Shown here one piece after another: positions 23,210 through 35,900 of a stretch of DNA of 64,000 bases. Made by a program: the position numbers and the translations under genes. Origin of the DNA: Tricharina praecox (lineage: Eukaryota); NCBI RefSeq assembly GCF_024521635.1, contig NW_026250403.1, positions 124,001-188,000 on the forward strand. Reading direction: 5' to 3'. The notes beneath the pieces are model-generated. The model had not been told where the DNA came from. It saw nothing but the letters and a program-made list of their open reading frames with translations, and made no database searches. Numbering within the stretch: position 1 is the first letter of the stretch; every line of letters begins with the position of its first letter.

Positions 23210-24811
23210 ATGACAACCACACCACCAGCATCACCGCCCCCGCCACCGAGCACGGCACCCGTCCTCTCCACCCCCGACGACCACGCCTTCCAAGCCTCCT
23301 TCGTCGATGCTCCCTCAGTGCTCTCTCACACCCACCTCAGCGACGATGATTTCCGCGCAATGTATGAGATCCCGCGCACGATCTCTGAAATTCTCGCAGG
23401 CGACTACCAGCGCATCGCGCTACAATTCCCCGATGAGCGTTTGAAGGACAGTGCGCGTGTGTACTCCATGTTGCATCAGGCTGTCAACATCACCACTTCC
23501 GAAGAAGGGAAAGAAGAGCGGAAAATCTACATCCTCGCCGACACCTCATATTCGGCCTGTTGCGTCGACGAGATTGCCGCCGAACATGCCTCCGCCGATG
23601 TTCTCGTGCATTACGGAAGATCGTGTCTTTCTCCGACCATGCGCCTACCGGTGATCTACGTCTTCACGAGCAATCCGCTGGATATTCTACTTGCAGTCGA
23701 GGGGTTTAGAAAGACGTACACCGAGCTGGATGCGAAGATCCTGCTGGTGGCGGATGTTACCTACGCCTCCCACACCGCGCCGCTGTATTCCGCGCTGAAG
23801 GAGCTGGGCTACACCAACCTCTTCACGACGGAGATAATCCACAGGCCCGCATCGCTCCTTCCCAACCGGACACTACCCTCCGACTGCGATAGTGAGGACA
23901 AAATCCGAGACTGGTCACTCTTCCACATCTCCTCGCCCCTCCCCTCCCTCCTCCTTATCCTCTCCTCGCGCGTCCAGCAAATCCACTACCTCGACCCCAG
24001 TACCCACATCGTGCACAGCACGCTCTCCTCCGCGCTCCTCCGCCGCCGCTACGCCCTCCTCTCGCACGCCAAATCCGCCGGCATAATCGGCATCCTGATC
24101 AACACGCTAAACATCACACACTACCTTCCTATGATCTCGCACCTGAAATCGCAGATCCGCGCGGCCGGTAGGAAGAGCTATCTTGTGGTCGTAGGCAAGG
24201 TGAACGTGGAGAAGGTCGCGAATTTCTCCGAGATAGAGGTGTGGGTCGGTATTGGATGCTGGGAGCAGGGTGTTGTGGGCGGTGTCGAGGGTAGAGACTG
24301 GTATAGACCTGTAATCACGCCGTGGGAGCTGGGAATCGCGCTTGGCGAGAGGGAGTGGACGGGTGGGTGGGTGGCGGATTTTGCGGAGGTTCTGAGGATT
24401 GATACAGAGCGGATGGAAGGGGAGGAGAGTAAGCGGGAGGAAGAGGGGGTGCAAGAAGAGGAAGAAGAGGAGGATAGTGATGAAGACGCACCCCCGGAAT
24501 ATGACCTGCGGACAGGCCGGTACATTTCTACTGCATGGCCACTGGGGCGAACCACTAAGTCTTCTTCAACACAAGCCACAAAAGCGGAGAAAACATCATC
24601 TGCGCTGACTACTACGTCAAATCGCCAGAAGGAGCTGGTTGCGGCTGGAGGTGTGATCTCTCCTGCTGCGATGTTCCTGAGGGATAAGCGGACGTGGCAG
24701 GGCCTGGGGAGTGATCTGGAGGCGCCCGAAGATGGTGGGGCGCTCGTTGAGGAGGGGAGGAGTGGTGTCGCTCGGGGATATGTGGTCGGCAAGGAAGGAG
24801 AGAGACATTAG
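23210..24811 (+). CDS. DPH2: Diphthamide biosynthesis protein Dph2
   Basis: YQRIALQFPD, YILADTSYSACCVDEIAAEH..VHYGRSCLSP, VGKVNVEKVANF, C-terminal RTWQGLGSD..EEGRSGVARGY; probable ATG at 23210. Confidence 0.95.
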   Translation: MTTTPPASPPPPPSTAPVLSTPDDHAFQASFVDAPSVLSHTHLSDDDFRAMYEIPRTISEILAGDYQRIALQFPDERLKDSARVYSMLHQAVNITTSEEGKEERKIYILADTSYSACCVDEIAAEHASADVLVHYGRSCLSPTMRLPVIYVFTSNPLDILLAVEGFRKTYTELDAKILLVADVTYASHTAPLYSALKELGYTNLFTTEIIHRPASLLPNRTLPSDCDSEDKIRDWSLFHISSPLPSLLLILSSRVQQIHYLDPSTHIVHSTLSSALLRRRYALLSHAKSAGIIGILINTLNITHYLPMISHLKSQIRAAGRKSYLVVVGKVNVEKVANFSEIEVWVGIGCWEQGVVGGVEGRDWYRPVITPWELGIALGEREWTGGWVADFAEVLRIDTERMEGEESKREEEGVQEEEEEEDSDEDAPPEYDLRTGRYISTAWPLGRTTKSSSTQATKAEKTSSALTTTSNRQKELVAAGGVISPAAMFLRDKRTWQGLGSDLEAPEDGGALVEEGRSGVARGYVVGKEGERH

Positions 24812-24981
24812 AGTAGCTTTGTTTATATTATCGGGTTTCTGGGGAAAGACTGGCTGTGGTGGAACTGCAATGGTGTTGCTGGGCTCAGGTATCTCCGGAT
24901 GATTTCCAGCCCACTGCGCACCACCTTCAGCGGGTTGGCATTACAATGACACAAAAAAGGTATATTACAACAGTCTTATTC

Positions 24982-25754
24982 CTACTTCTTCGGCTTTCCT
25001 TTTCCACTCGGCTTTTTCTCGTCCCCCTTCTCTCCCTTGAACTTCGCTCTCTCTTTCGACTTCCTCTGCTTGAGCTTGAACCTATCGGCCCTGCGCTCAG
25101 TCGCATTGAGGTACCTGAACTTCTTCTTCTTCTCCTTCTTCTTTTTCGGCCACTTCTTCTTCTCCTTCCCATCCTTCCCATCCTCTCCCTCCTTCGCCTC
25201 CGCATCGCCCTCCCCCTCGCCCTCCACTTTCTCCTCCTTCTCCTCCTCAGAATCCGCATCCAAATCCATCTCCTGCACAGTAACAGTCGTGAACTTGTCC
25301 TCGTCGACATAGAGCTCCTTGGTATCCAACTTCACTACCACAGCCTCGTCGCCGATCCCGTCCCACTCGCCATCCTCGTCGTCGCCTCCCACCTCCTCCT
25401 CGTCATCAGACTCCCACGTCCCGCCCGCCGCAACCCGCGCAGACCGTCGCGCAGCTTTCTGCCCCGCCTCCACGAGCTCCTCCAGTTCCTCTTTTCGTTG
25501 CTCCCGCAACTATCGCATCTGTCAGCCACCAGCGCGCAAGACGGGGAGGGGAAGGGGAGGGAGGAGGGGGGAAAAGAACGAACTTGTTTCCGAGCGTCCT
25601 TAGCGGCAAGCTTATCGACGGCCGCGGCGGCCTCTTTCGCCTTCGCGATGCGCTGCAGCTTGCGCTTGTGGAAGCCCGTGAGGTACTCTGTGCGCGCCTC
25701 GCGGTCGAACGTGATCTCGGCGGGGCGCTCGGGAAGTTTGCGTTTTGGCGGCAT
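24982..25754 (-). CDS. RRP17: Nucleolar rRNA processing protein Rrp17/Nop25 (NOL12 family)
   Basis: EITFDREARTEYLTGFHKRKLQR and KKKKFRYL motifs; intron 25583-25510. Confidence 0.92.
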
Positions 25755-26337
25755 GGTCGGTCGTGGAGTATGTGGTGTGTGGTGGGGGTATGTGTGGTTG
25801 CTGGTGAAGCGTGGTTACTTGGGAGGTGATGTCGAAGATCTGGAGGGAAGAATTAGATAATGTTAGCGCGAAGGCAGGGGTCAGTGCTTGCGCGTGCTAG
25901 TGCGCTGAGGTTGCGTTAAAGTTATCTTATCGTCACCCACATCAGACCATCGCTTCGTCTCGCAGCGTGGCTTCCTGGTGGAAAGTGCAGTCATGCTTAT
26001 ATACTTCTTACATGCTATCGATCCTTGGAATCGCTGGAAATAATCTTGCACTGAGATTGATGGCTCGCCTACTATAGTGGCATGATTTTTGACACACGGT
26101 TGCCAGGACCGGCCGTTCAACCACTGCTCGTAGGTATCATAAATGACGTCTCGCCAGTTCAGTTCCCTCTTGGCCACAATCGCACCACACAGCGCCATTG
26201 GGAATAATCAGTCACTTGCACCAAAGGTCACTCGCTTTCAATTTCCCCGACCAAGCAGCCAATGGGCCGTCCGCATCTGTCAATATAGAGTAGATACAAA
26301 CTAGTAGCTGCCGCGTAACTATGTCTCCCCATCTCCC

Positions 26338-28846
26338 TCACTTCCTATTACAATTCCCCAAGCACTGGCCGGGCTTATCGCCATAGAGCACACCACAGCT
26401 GTAACAAAACTCGGCCGAGCACCTGCACGTCATGTGCAGGCAGCCCTCCTTCCTCTCGACGACAGTCTTGCACTTGGGACACTCCATCCAGCGCTGCTGC
26501 TTCACGAGGTTCCTCACCATCTGGCCCTCCTTATCCTCCGTGCAGATGCCGCTGTGCGAGGCCTTCCTGCAGTGCCGGCACACGGCCGTCGCGCATTTGG
26601 GGCAGCTGCCCGTGTCGCCCCGGATACCGGCGGGCGGGATGAAACTGCTGCAGTTGGGCGCGGGGCAGTAGAGGGGATTGGGCGTGTCGAGCTCGAGCAG
26701 CATGAGGCGGTAGGAGGCCACGAACTCGGGGGTTATGTGTGTCCCTGCGAGGCCTATATCGACGCGCTGCGAGCAGCAGGTGAAGGGCTTCTTGTCTTTG
26801 AGGGCGATGTTGAAGGGGGCTTTTGTTTGCACGAGTCAGTATGCGATGTGTAGTGGTGGTATCCGGGTGAGGGGGGGGGGACTAACCTTTCAGACAATCG
26901 ACACTCACGCAATAGGCATGTTCACACGACAAAATGATCATGTCCGTCTTATCGTACTCCTCTGTGCAAACCACGCACTCCGACACCATCTCTCTACGGA
27001 TTCTCTCCCTCTCCGCGTCCACGACGCGGATCCTCTCCTGCTCCTCCTCCTCAATCTTTCGCTTCAACTCCTCATACTCCATCCTCAGCCGATTATCCTC
27101 CTCCTCCTCCTCGCGATCCCACTGCTCGGCCAGCAGACGATCACTATCCATCTGCGCCTCAAAAGCAGCCGCCCACTCATCCCTGACGCGCCGTGCAACG
27201 GCCTCCTGCTCCTGCATTATCCGGTCCTCCTGTTCCTGCATCCAGCGTGCGTGCGCCATATCTCGCTCACGACGGATCTGAGCTTTGCCGCCGTGTAATT
27301 CGAATTCAGCCAGCAAGCTCCGCTGCTCCTCCACCAGTCGAGCATACTCCTCGTCCGTGTCTTCATCGCTATCGTAGTCATCGTCGGAATCCAGATCCGC
27401 GCGGGCTAAGTGCGCAGCATATGCAAGGTCCGCGGCGTACTGCGCTTCCGGCCGCGCTTGCTCCTTCTCCTCCGACGGGATATCGTCGCTATCGTCATCC
27501 TCGCTGCCATAATCCCCGCTGCTATCATCATCGCAGTCGCCATTCGTCTGTCTGTAAGGAGAGGACGAGAATTCGCGCTGGGCGTCGGTGGTAGGCTCTG
27601 GTACAGGGTGGTGGTCCAACCCACCCCAGTGCGTGCCGAAGACGTTGCCGAAGTCCTCTTCCGCTCTCGATGCGAAGGTGGGGCGTGTGGCCGGTTGTGC
27701 CCGTTGAATCCGGCTTCGAAAGGGAGTTGTCGGGTACGGGGGACGGGGACCTGATCCCCAAGGGTTCCGGGTGCTGCTGGCTACGGGCGCGGGCGTAGAT
27801 GCAGTTAATATTACTGGCACTTTGGGAGGAGGTGTGGGCGGCCCCGGCTTGTGGATTGCTCCTGCTACGGGAAGCGGCCCGTCATCGTCGCTGTCGGACG
27901 AATAGTCGTTGAAGCTCGGAACATTGGTTCGCGTGCTGTTTGCAAAGCTCGGCACGGTGGGGCGCGTGCCAATTGGTTGGAAGCCGGAGAAAGCCGGTTG
28001 TATTTCTTCCGGTGACGGTGGTGTGTTTATCCCTGAGGAGCTGAACCCATCTCGCTCCGGTGAGCTGGACGGAGAGGCGTGCTTTGAACTTGAGGAATGG
28101 TAGGTCCTCCTTGGTGCCCTGTAGTCATCGTCTTCCCAGTCTGTGTCTGGCTCGGTGGGCATTGCATATCTTGATGGACGAGACTCGGGCTTGGTCATCG
28201 GCCAGGAGTAGTTGTTCTATACACGACTCAGCCGTGCGCAATTGAGCATCATAGGATAAAAGCGAAGGATAGTCTTTACCCCTTCTTCTTCCTCCTCCTC
28301 CTCCTCCTCATCCTCCTCTTCCTCCGGCCATGCATGGGCACTCCCAGCTCCGAGAAAAAGTCTTGGACTCGGAACGTTGGGCGGCGAGCAGGTTCCGGAC
28401 GGGCCAGCAGTGTACTTCGACGAAGCCGGGAACACCATCTGACCGGTGAACGGGTTCAAGAACGGTTCGTCATCGGCACCAGCATCTTCCTGATCGAAGA
28501 AAGCGCCAAAAACCTTTCTGTACTCTGCCGGCTCCAGTTCCCACCGGTCCATCTCAGGATCCGGTGGTGGGGCGGGCGGCGCAGTATACGCGGAATCCGT
28601 GGCGGCCATCGCCTTGGGTTGCTTAGTGATTACGGCAGCCATTTCGGGGACGACTTTTAGACACCGCTCGACGGTTTCGAGGTGGATGCGCCGCTGCCGC
28701 TCGAGCTCCTCGTCGCTGGATGTGGCTGGGTTTTTGCCCTTGCGTGGAAGTGTCGAGTCTTGCTGCGACTCCTGCGACTCCAGGCTTTGTCGCCAGAGGG
28801 TGAGCGCCTCGTAGAGAGTGGTGGCGGCGTCCGAGGAGGATACCAT
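26338..28846 (-). CDS. RBR (RING-IBR-RING) E3 ubiquitin ligase with long low-complexity N-terminus
   Basis: RING1 CVVC..CEHAYC..C, IBR YCPAPNC..CPKC..CRHC..H..C, RING2 CPKC..EGCLHMTCRCSAEFCYSC; intron near 26886-26842 and probably one near 28260-28210 (5' exon less certain). Confidence 0.85.
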
Positions 28847-29144
28847 TGTTCATGTGTTTGGATTCACGGTTGAAGAACGAGAGGGGAATTTAGACTCTGA
28901 GGAGATGGGGGGGGGGGATATAACCGCTGAGCTTGAGGTAGGCAGCAGTCCCCAGTCTGTACATATATAGGTCGGTACTTAGGGCGGCTATCATTGGAAC
29001 ACGAAGTGACCGGCGAAGCACAGGTATCAAAACAGAAGCACAAGGCACCGTTTGGGGCTGAATTGCAGTTGCAGTTTCAACAGCGCATTCATGCATGGAT
29101 CTCTAGACCAATTATTTGGTTTACAGCTTGGTGCGCACGAGCTA

Positions 29145-29235
29145 GGGCGGGAGGCATGGATCGGGGGCGGGGAGGCATGGATCGGGGGCGGGGAGGCATG
29201 GATCGGGGGCGGGGAGGCATGGATCGGGGGCGGGG
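29145..29235. repeat. 21-bp G-rich minisatellite, ~4 units
   Basis: GGGCGGGGAGGCATGGATCGG repeated head to tail. Confidence 0.92.
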
Positions 29236-30873
29236 TAGGTGGAGCAGTTGACTGCTGGATGGCGCTCGCTTAGTTACCCGACACGACCGGCCACGGGATT
29301 CGTCTCTGTCACTCGTTGTCAGCAATGTGCGGGAGCCAGCGAATGGGAGCCGACGAGACGTGCAACTGACAGCCTGCAGACACCTGCGCCACACGGGCGA
29401 GCGAGAGGTGCCCTGCAGAAAACATCAGCGGGAATGCGCCATGAGAATAGTACCAGTGCATAGTTGGTCGGAAAATCGTGAAGGCGAGACTTCGAATTCG
29501 CCATGGAATTGGTCCAACGCAGTACTCCCCCAGTGTAAACGTATTAGTGGCGTAGGATCTCATAACTACTTTGATCGATCCGTAATACTTGGCCTCTGGG
29601 TGCCTGGAATTCGATATAGGTAAGCAGTTCTTTACTTTTATGCACCGGATAAGCCCGGCGGTAATAAAGCCTGTAGAATTGATACCATATATAGCAACTC
29701 TTGGACTGGAAGCACACGGCAGTCGGGACTCGGCAGCATTCCGATGAGAAAAACAACACCAATACCGTACTACCGTACCACATTAATGCCGTGACCAAAC
29801 GTCTGTCGGTTCAAACCGGTAGATGTCGATCTTACAGCTGATCTTATCTTACTACATCTTACATTTGTGAGGTTCAATGGCATAGGTACTGTGTAGTAAT
29901 AACTTCCAATCAAGTACCAGGTATGTACTTCATGAATGGACCTACCAAGTACCCACTCAGCTAAGAGGAGAACTAACATGTTGTGCACCAAAATTGGTAG
30001 ACTTTGATTCGAGCCCATCGAAGCACTACCTTCGCCTAGCCATCGACACACATCACTCCAGCACAGCACCTCACTCTCTTCTCGTCCGCAGCCAACGGAT
30101 AACGGCAACACAGCGAAGGCGGTTATCGATGTCCGTCGGATGCCGTAATGCCGTAATGCCGCAGGCATTCAACACCGAGCAGTGAGCAGTGAGCAGTGAG
30201 GATCGATGGCTAGAGTGCGCACAATCAAGCAACAATGCGGCATGACCGTACTATACTACGAAAGATCATCGGACGGAATGATCCCAGACGTACGTCCCGT
30301 ATCGCTCTCGATGATCCGTGCTGCCCCACATACCTATCCCAGCGGCAGTGGATCCAGACGAGACCACCCCCCCCACCCCCCCGCCGCCACCGGACAAGCC
30401 GAGTGCGCTCTTATGAAGCGCTCTCAACCTTCCCACCCAAATATAGTTAACTACTGTAGCAAAAAAACGGGGTAAAATTGACACCGTCGTCCAACCGTGT
30501 CCTGCAGGAGGAGGGATGGATACGGTGTTATAAAATCAGCTTGCTTTGTCAGAAAAAAAGCATGCCGCAGAATCCAGATGAATTATGAACCAACAAAGCC
30601 AATGAAAAGGAACACAGAAACAAAATGGTATTATGTAGACGATGGAGGAGGGCTTCGGCTTCAGCTTCAGCAGTTAGCTATGATGGGAAAACGGCCTCTG
30701 GTCGCCCAGTAACGAACATGGCTGTCAGAGGCTATGTACCTACCGATCACCAATACCGTGGTATTTATGTGAACCACTAGTAACCATCTATGACGTAAAC
30801 CACGTGCCCGCGTGCCCCCGCGATTTCATCTCGCGCCTCCCCACCCCCAGCGCCGCAACCTCCAGATCCGACC

Positions 30874-31286
30874 ATGCGCCCACCCCACAGCATCCCCACG
30901 ACAGTCCCGTCGCTGCAAAGTGTACCTCCCTCCTCCCTCTTTCCGCCGCCCCCGCCTCGGACTAAAAGCTACGCTAGTTCCTCCTGCGCACGCGCGCGCT
31001 GCACTTCTACCGCGACATCCTTCGGGCGACGGCGCAGGCGCGCGGACGCCACGAGCTCCGGCAGTGGGCGAAAGATGAGTTCCTGCGGAACCGGAACGTC
31101 ACTGATCAGACGCATATACGGTATTTACTTGATGTATGTAGTTACCTATGGCTGGCTGGCTGGCTCGCTGGCTCGCTGGGGTGGGGGATGGGGGATGGGT
31201 TTTGGCTAATGTGAATTTACTGGAAAAAGATGGGGAAGAGGGAGTTTACTACTATGAAACGGTATTTGGAGGAGGAGGGGCGGTAG
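30874..31286 (+). CDS. LYR-motif mitochondrial protein (LYRM2-like), 86 aa, 3 exons
   Basis: Exons 30874-30921, 30978-31133, 31230-31286 give MRPPHSIPTTVPSLQS-FLLRTRALHFYRDILRATAQARGRHELRQWAKDEFLRNRNVTDQTHIRYLLD-MGKREFTTMKRYLEEEGR; not present as such in the ORF track. Confidence 0.88.
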
Positions 31287-31481
31287 GTTGGTAGGTTGGT
31301 AGGATTTTTATTTGTGAATCATTGGAAGAGAAGGAATGGATCAAGGAAGGAATGATGGAATGAAGGTGAAGGAATGTATCATACAACAGCTACATACAGA
31401 ACGAGCAAAACATGACGAGTAACTACCGGTGTCAGACCAGCCAACATCACTACCTACTCACAATTCATTTCCTCCCCACTA

Positions 31482-34419
31482 CTACCTCCTCCGTCGCAAC
31501 TTAAACCTCAATCCATCGTCATCGCTATCATCGCTATCACTCTCCGCATCCGACCCAATCTTGAGGGCCGTCTTTGGTTTCTTCGCGGGGGGGACTCTAC
31601 TACTGGCCTGCGGGGGCACCGGTCGCTTCGTCCCGGCCTGCGTCTGACTCTGTGACATCGATGGGAGCGCGCTACTGTTGCGGTGATGGGGTTGCGGTGT
31701 CTGTGCTTGACTGGTAGTTCCGCCTCGGCGGTTGCGGAGGCTAAAGGTGGGCGGGGAGTCGGGGTCGGATTGGTCTGCCTCGGCAGGTTCGCGGGCGGTG
31801 GAGAAGGCGCCGGCACCACCACGGCGGGGTGGCGAGGGGATGATTTCCTCTGCTTGTTGGGTGCTCCGCTGTGTTCCCTTGCGGCGGGATGAACCCGAGT
31901 CTTCGTCCCCGATCCAGTAGCCTGTAGCAAAATCAGCTTGCTGTTTGGTATCAAAAGAACCACAGATAGCCCACCATCTCCAATGCCGAAATCCCGGTGC
32001 TTGTGTTCAACAAGATCAATAAGTATCTTGGGCCCATTGAAGGATCTAGTACTGCTCCCCGTACCAGAGCGTCTAAACCCCTTGAAGTTTTCCCGTCCAT
32101 TCCACTCTGGCTTCCATCGATCACTTCCCTCTCCACTTGCAGCTCTAAAGGACCTATTGACGCGGGGCTTGACTTCCACAGTCTCTACAATCGCCAGATT
32201 CTTCAATCCGGCAATATCGACACCTTCCATAGCCCTTTGTTCCTCGACCTTAACCCTTTCTGCCTCAGCCGCCTCCTTCTCCCTAATCTCGCGCGCCTGC
32301 ACTTCGAAGGTGGTCTCGGGCTTGCCACGTTTCTTCATCTTGGCCGGAGTCTTTGGCTCTGCTTTTACCGATACCTGGGATGCTGCAGATTCGTCGACCG
32401 CGATGGATTCCTGTGGGGAGATCGTCTCGCCGCGGCGAGCACGTTCTTCTTCCTCCGCGACTTTGCGGCGTTTGGCAATTCTTGCACCAGGCAGGAGATC
32501 CATCATGTCCAGGTTCTCGTCGCGGTCTGGCACTGCGGGCGCGGCGGGGGCGGGGCGTTTCCGTGAGGGCGGCTGTGAGCCAACTATGATACTATCCGCT
32601 ATCGAGGACGAAGGCTCGTCCTGTTCCATCTCCATTGGTGTCGGGATGAGTCGATTAAAACTCGACTGTTTACCCAGATTCTAATCGCACCAGGTTAGCA
32701 GCTGCTCCATCTATGCCCTGTTGATCACCTACGTCGTTCGAGAATATTGGCTGGTCTCTCCTGCTCTCTGGACTCTGTGTTGGAATCTGACTTGCGGGCT
32801 CGGGAGTCGGCGCCACGAAATCACCACCGACATCGAAGGCAAAAGGATCGATGGGTGTGGCACCTCTCCGTCGAACCTACTCGTTCGTCAGTCAAAGGGA
32901 CACCGCAACATTGGCATGCGTAGACCGACCCTGGCCCTGGTACGAGTTGCAGCTGGGCCTTCGGAGGGAGCAGGTTTTTTGGCGGATTCGGGCTCCGGTT
33001 TAGCTTGGGATTGTCAGCTATTCTGTGGCCTGAATGCACGTGAGTTTCCAATCTATATACCTCTGTTACTAGGCGTAGGTGGTTCCGGTGAGCGTTGCCG
33101 GGGACTCTGCTGTTGCTGGAGTGGTCGGTGAAGAGTGGAAGTATCACAACTCAGGATAACCTCCAGAAACTCGTTCTGTTCGACAACGCGAAAGCCCAAT
33201 CTACAACCCCATCAGTCTGAGCACACCTCCGCCATTGCAGCCAGAATAAAACCTACAACTGCTGCAACTTCTGAGTAAATCTCATTTCCCAGTCCGGATT
33301 TGTCTTTGACCTAAACCTGACCACGGCGATATCGTCCCCGAGTCTCCGCTTCTGCACAAAGTCCGCCAGCTCCTCAGGCAGTGTGACGCCATCCTTGATT
33401 GTGAACTTCTCCGGCTTCCCTCCAGCATCCGTAATAGGTGCAAGGAGGTTATGGTACTGCACCTCGTCGCCAAACACAAATACCCAACCTTCAAAAATGT
33501 TCTTTCTCCTTCCATCCGGGGCATAAGCCTCCGGGGGCTGCGACACAGGCTCATAGCCCACGGGCGGGAGAAAGTCCTCCGCCGTGGGCCAGTGCGCATC
33601 GAAGTCACATTCCAGCGACGACTGGGGCGTCTGTCCGTTGTCCGTCGGTGGCAACTGAGCAGCCGAGACGATGGCGTCGATGTAGGAGTGTGTCACGATG
33701 TGTCGGCCGTTGACGAGGGCTTGTAGACCGATTGCAGTGTTGCGTTTTGCGGCGATGACATGCGTGGTGCCGTCGGTCCAGGTGGCGATGGTTTTGATGT
33801 CCAGCTTCTCTAGTTGCGAACGATACACGGCCATGCTGTTCTTGTCTTTCCGCTCCTTGGAGGAGAGAGAAACCGAAAAGATTACTGGCGTCCATTTCAC
33901 CCTGCCTTTGTGAGCCCACTTCACTCCTCTATGCGGGTTGTGGTGTATAGCGAACCTAAACGCACAGCCATGCTTCCCCAGATAGAAACCGTGCTCGTCG
34001 CGTGTATCGAGAGCAACAGTCCCCTTGATCTTCTTGCCATTCCAAATCGTGCCATGCTTTGTATCACAGTCTTGGATCGTGAGTTCCGTTCGGGCGTGGA
34101 GTTTGATCTGCCCCACCGACCATCAGCACCACGCCGCTACTTCACAAACCACCGGTAGGATAGGCCATACTCCGTCCCCTTCATTTACAGGGCCCACGTT
34201 GATCACCAAATGCCGTCGCGAAATCGATCGACTCGAGGGAACCACGGCGGTAACTACATCGCACGCATTAGCCCTCAGCTCCCCCCCGCCCCGCCAACCG
34301 CTACCTCGCGACATACCATCGTCGCACTTGACTCTTCCAAGAACACATCTCGTGCCCGGCCGTAACCATATGCGAGTTCCGTTCAGCGTGTCCTTGTCGT
34401 CGCATCCTAAAAGCCACAT
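31482..34419 (-). CDS. NBS1: Nibrin / Nbs1 (MRN complex; FHA-BRCT-BRCT), multi-intron
   Basis: FHA: RIWLRPG..SISRRHL..DTKHGT; BRCT: THVIAAKRNT..LQALVNG..IVTHSYIDAI; Mre11-binding WNGRENFKGFRR; acidic C-terminus DDDGLRFKLRRRR (Tel1/ATM-binding type). Confidence 0.9.
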
Positions 34420-34862
34420 GATGCGATGCGTGTCGTCGTTGGCAGCTGCGGATGTCGTGAAGTGTCGCGTTGATGACTCTTCACACAGCCGGGGAGTCGG
34501 GGATGACGCGATTTAGCGCTATGGCCGTGTTGACCTCACGTGCGCGCGAGAGCTGACAACCTACCTAGAGAGGTTTTATGCCAACAGAATGAGCCTAACG
34601 CTATTTAGCTAGCGGACTCGGAAGAGCTTCACGCGAGTGATATTTAATGATATAAAATATTCGGCTTCGTCGCGGCGGCGATTCGGCTGCCCGCGCATGG
34701 AGTCCTTCTTACAAAATCCACCCGGACTCAACCAGTTTTGCTCCAACTAAGTCAAGTACAAAGTCAGGTTGATCCTCAGATGTAGGCCTTTTCAGCTATT
34801 GTGAAAACTTCAATAAAAACAACTTGTATTAAAATTTAAATACTCCATCTCCAAGTCTTTCA

Positions 34863-35900
34863 GTCATCCTCCTGCCCGTCTTCCGACTCACCACCACTTC
34901 CCTCTTCCAGAGTCTCTTCCAAACGGCTCATGTCGTCTCTCAATGTTTGCAGGCGGCTTATCTCCCTTTCTTCCTCCTCTTGCAACCGAGCAACTGACTT
35001 TCAAGTCACTGGCAGCCGTTTTCCGTCCTTCTCCATCCCCATATATTTCTCTTTCTTTGCTGTTAACTCCTTCACCCGGTTGGCCAACTTATTAGCTTTT
35101 TCCTGCATCTTTGCGATCCTCGCAAGGCAAACATTCTCCGTCGTACGTGCTAGAGATTCCTCATACTCATCTATCTGTTGGACAGACGTAAATTATCGAC
35201 CCTCATCTGGAATTCTCCGCCGTTTTCGCGGTTTTTGTTGTTTGCTAGCTGACTCCCGCTTGGCTCCAGCCTCAAGTCGCTGCTCCAAATTGTCGCAATG
35301 GTGAAGTTTCACTATGTGAGCTTTTGAAACTTTGCTGAAACCATGGCGAAGCCTTCATGAACGTGGACTGTTGCTTTTCAGATCTAATTCAAGGGATTCG
35401 CGGAGTTGGTGGAACTCTTGATGATCCCGAGGGGGTGGAAATTGCGAAGACTTCGGCCGCAGAAAGAGATGATAGTGAACGAATTGGAGAGGAGGTCGAT
35501 AGCTGAGATGGCAACTCAACACTGGCTTGGTGGCTGTTGGTTCTTTGATGCCAATAGTTCTTCCAAGAACCTCGAAATCCAAAGGGACTGGGCCGGTCCA
35601 CCAGAACCCACTGCGGATATTCTCCCGTGTAATAAAATACACTGGGAAAGTACTATACCACTCGACTAAAAGGTATTTTGATGGCTGAAGGCCATCATCC
35701 CAGTAGCTACTTGAGGCATAGATTTCTTAACCGTGACACTAGATGACTTCATTAGTATCGGGATAGGCTGAATCTTGGCGCTGCAAGATGAGGCTGATAA
35801 TAGTGAGAAGGTCTCTCTCTCATCACCCAACGGTCCCAACCACCACAACTATCATGATGACAATGTCAAAAGATACGAGAGGGAAAGAGAACGTCTTGAA
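34863..35900 (-). mobile_element. Degenerate pogo/Fot1-like (DDE_1) transposase remnant
   Basis: Broken frames contain ITRENIRSGFWWTGPVPLDFEVL (cf. NIxSGFxxTGIxPxxxxVL of pogo-type transposases), a weak 'SSCSAKIQP' match to the SHxLQP motif, and a K/R/E-rich tail with internal stops and frameshifts; ends not defined. Confidence 0.55.

Noticed and set aside
34650-34705. Loose similarity (reverse complement) to 58405-58450, CTCCAT..GCCGCGAC..GCCGA
   Set aside because: Short, GC-rich and gapped; cannot be told from chance by eye.
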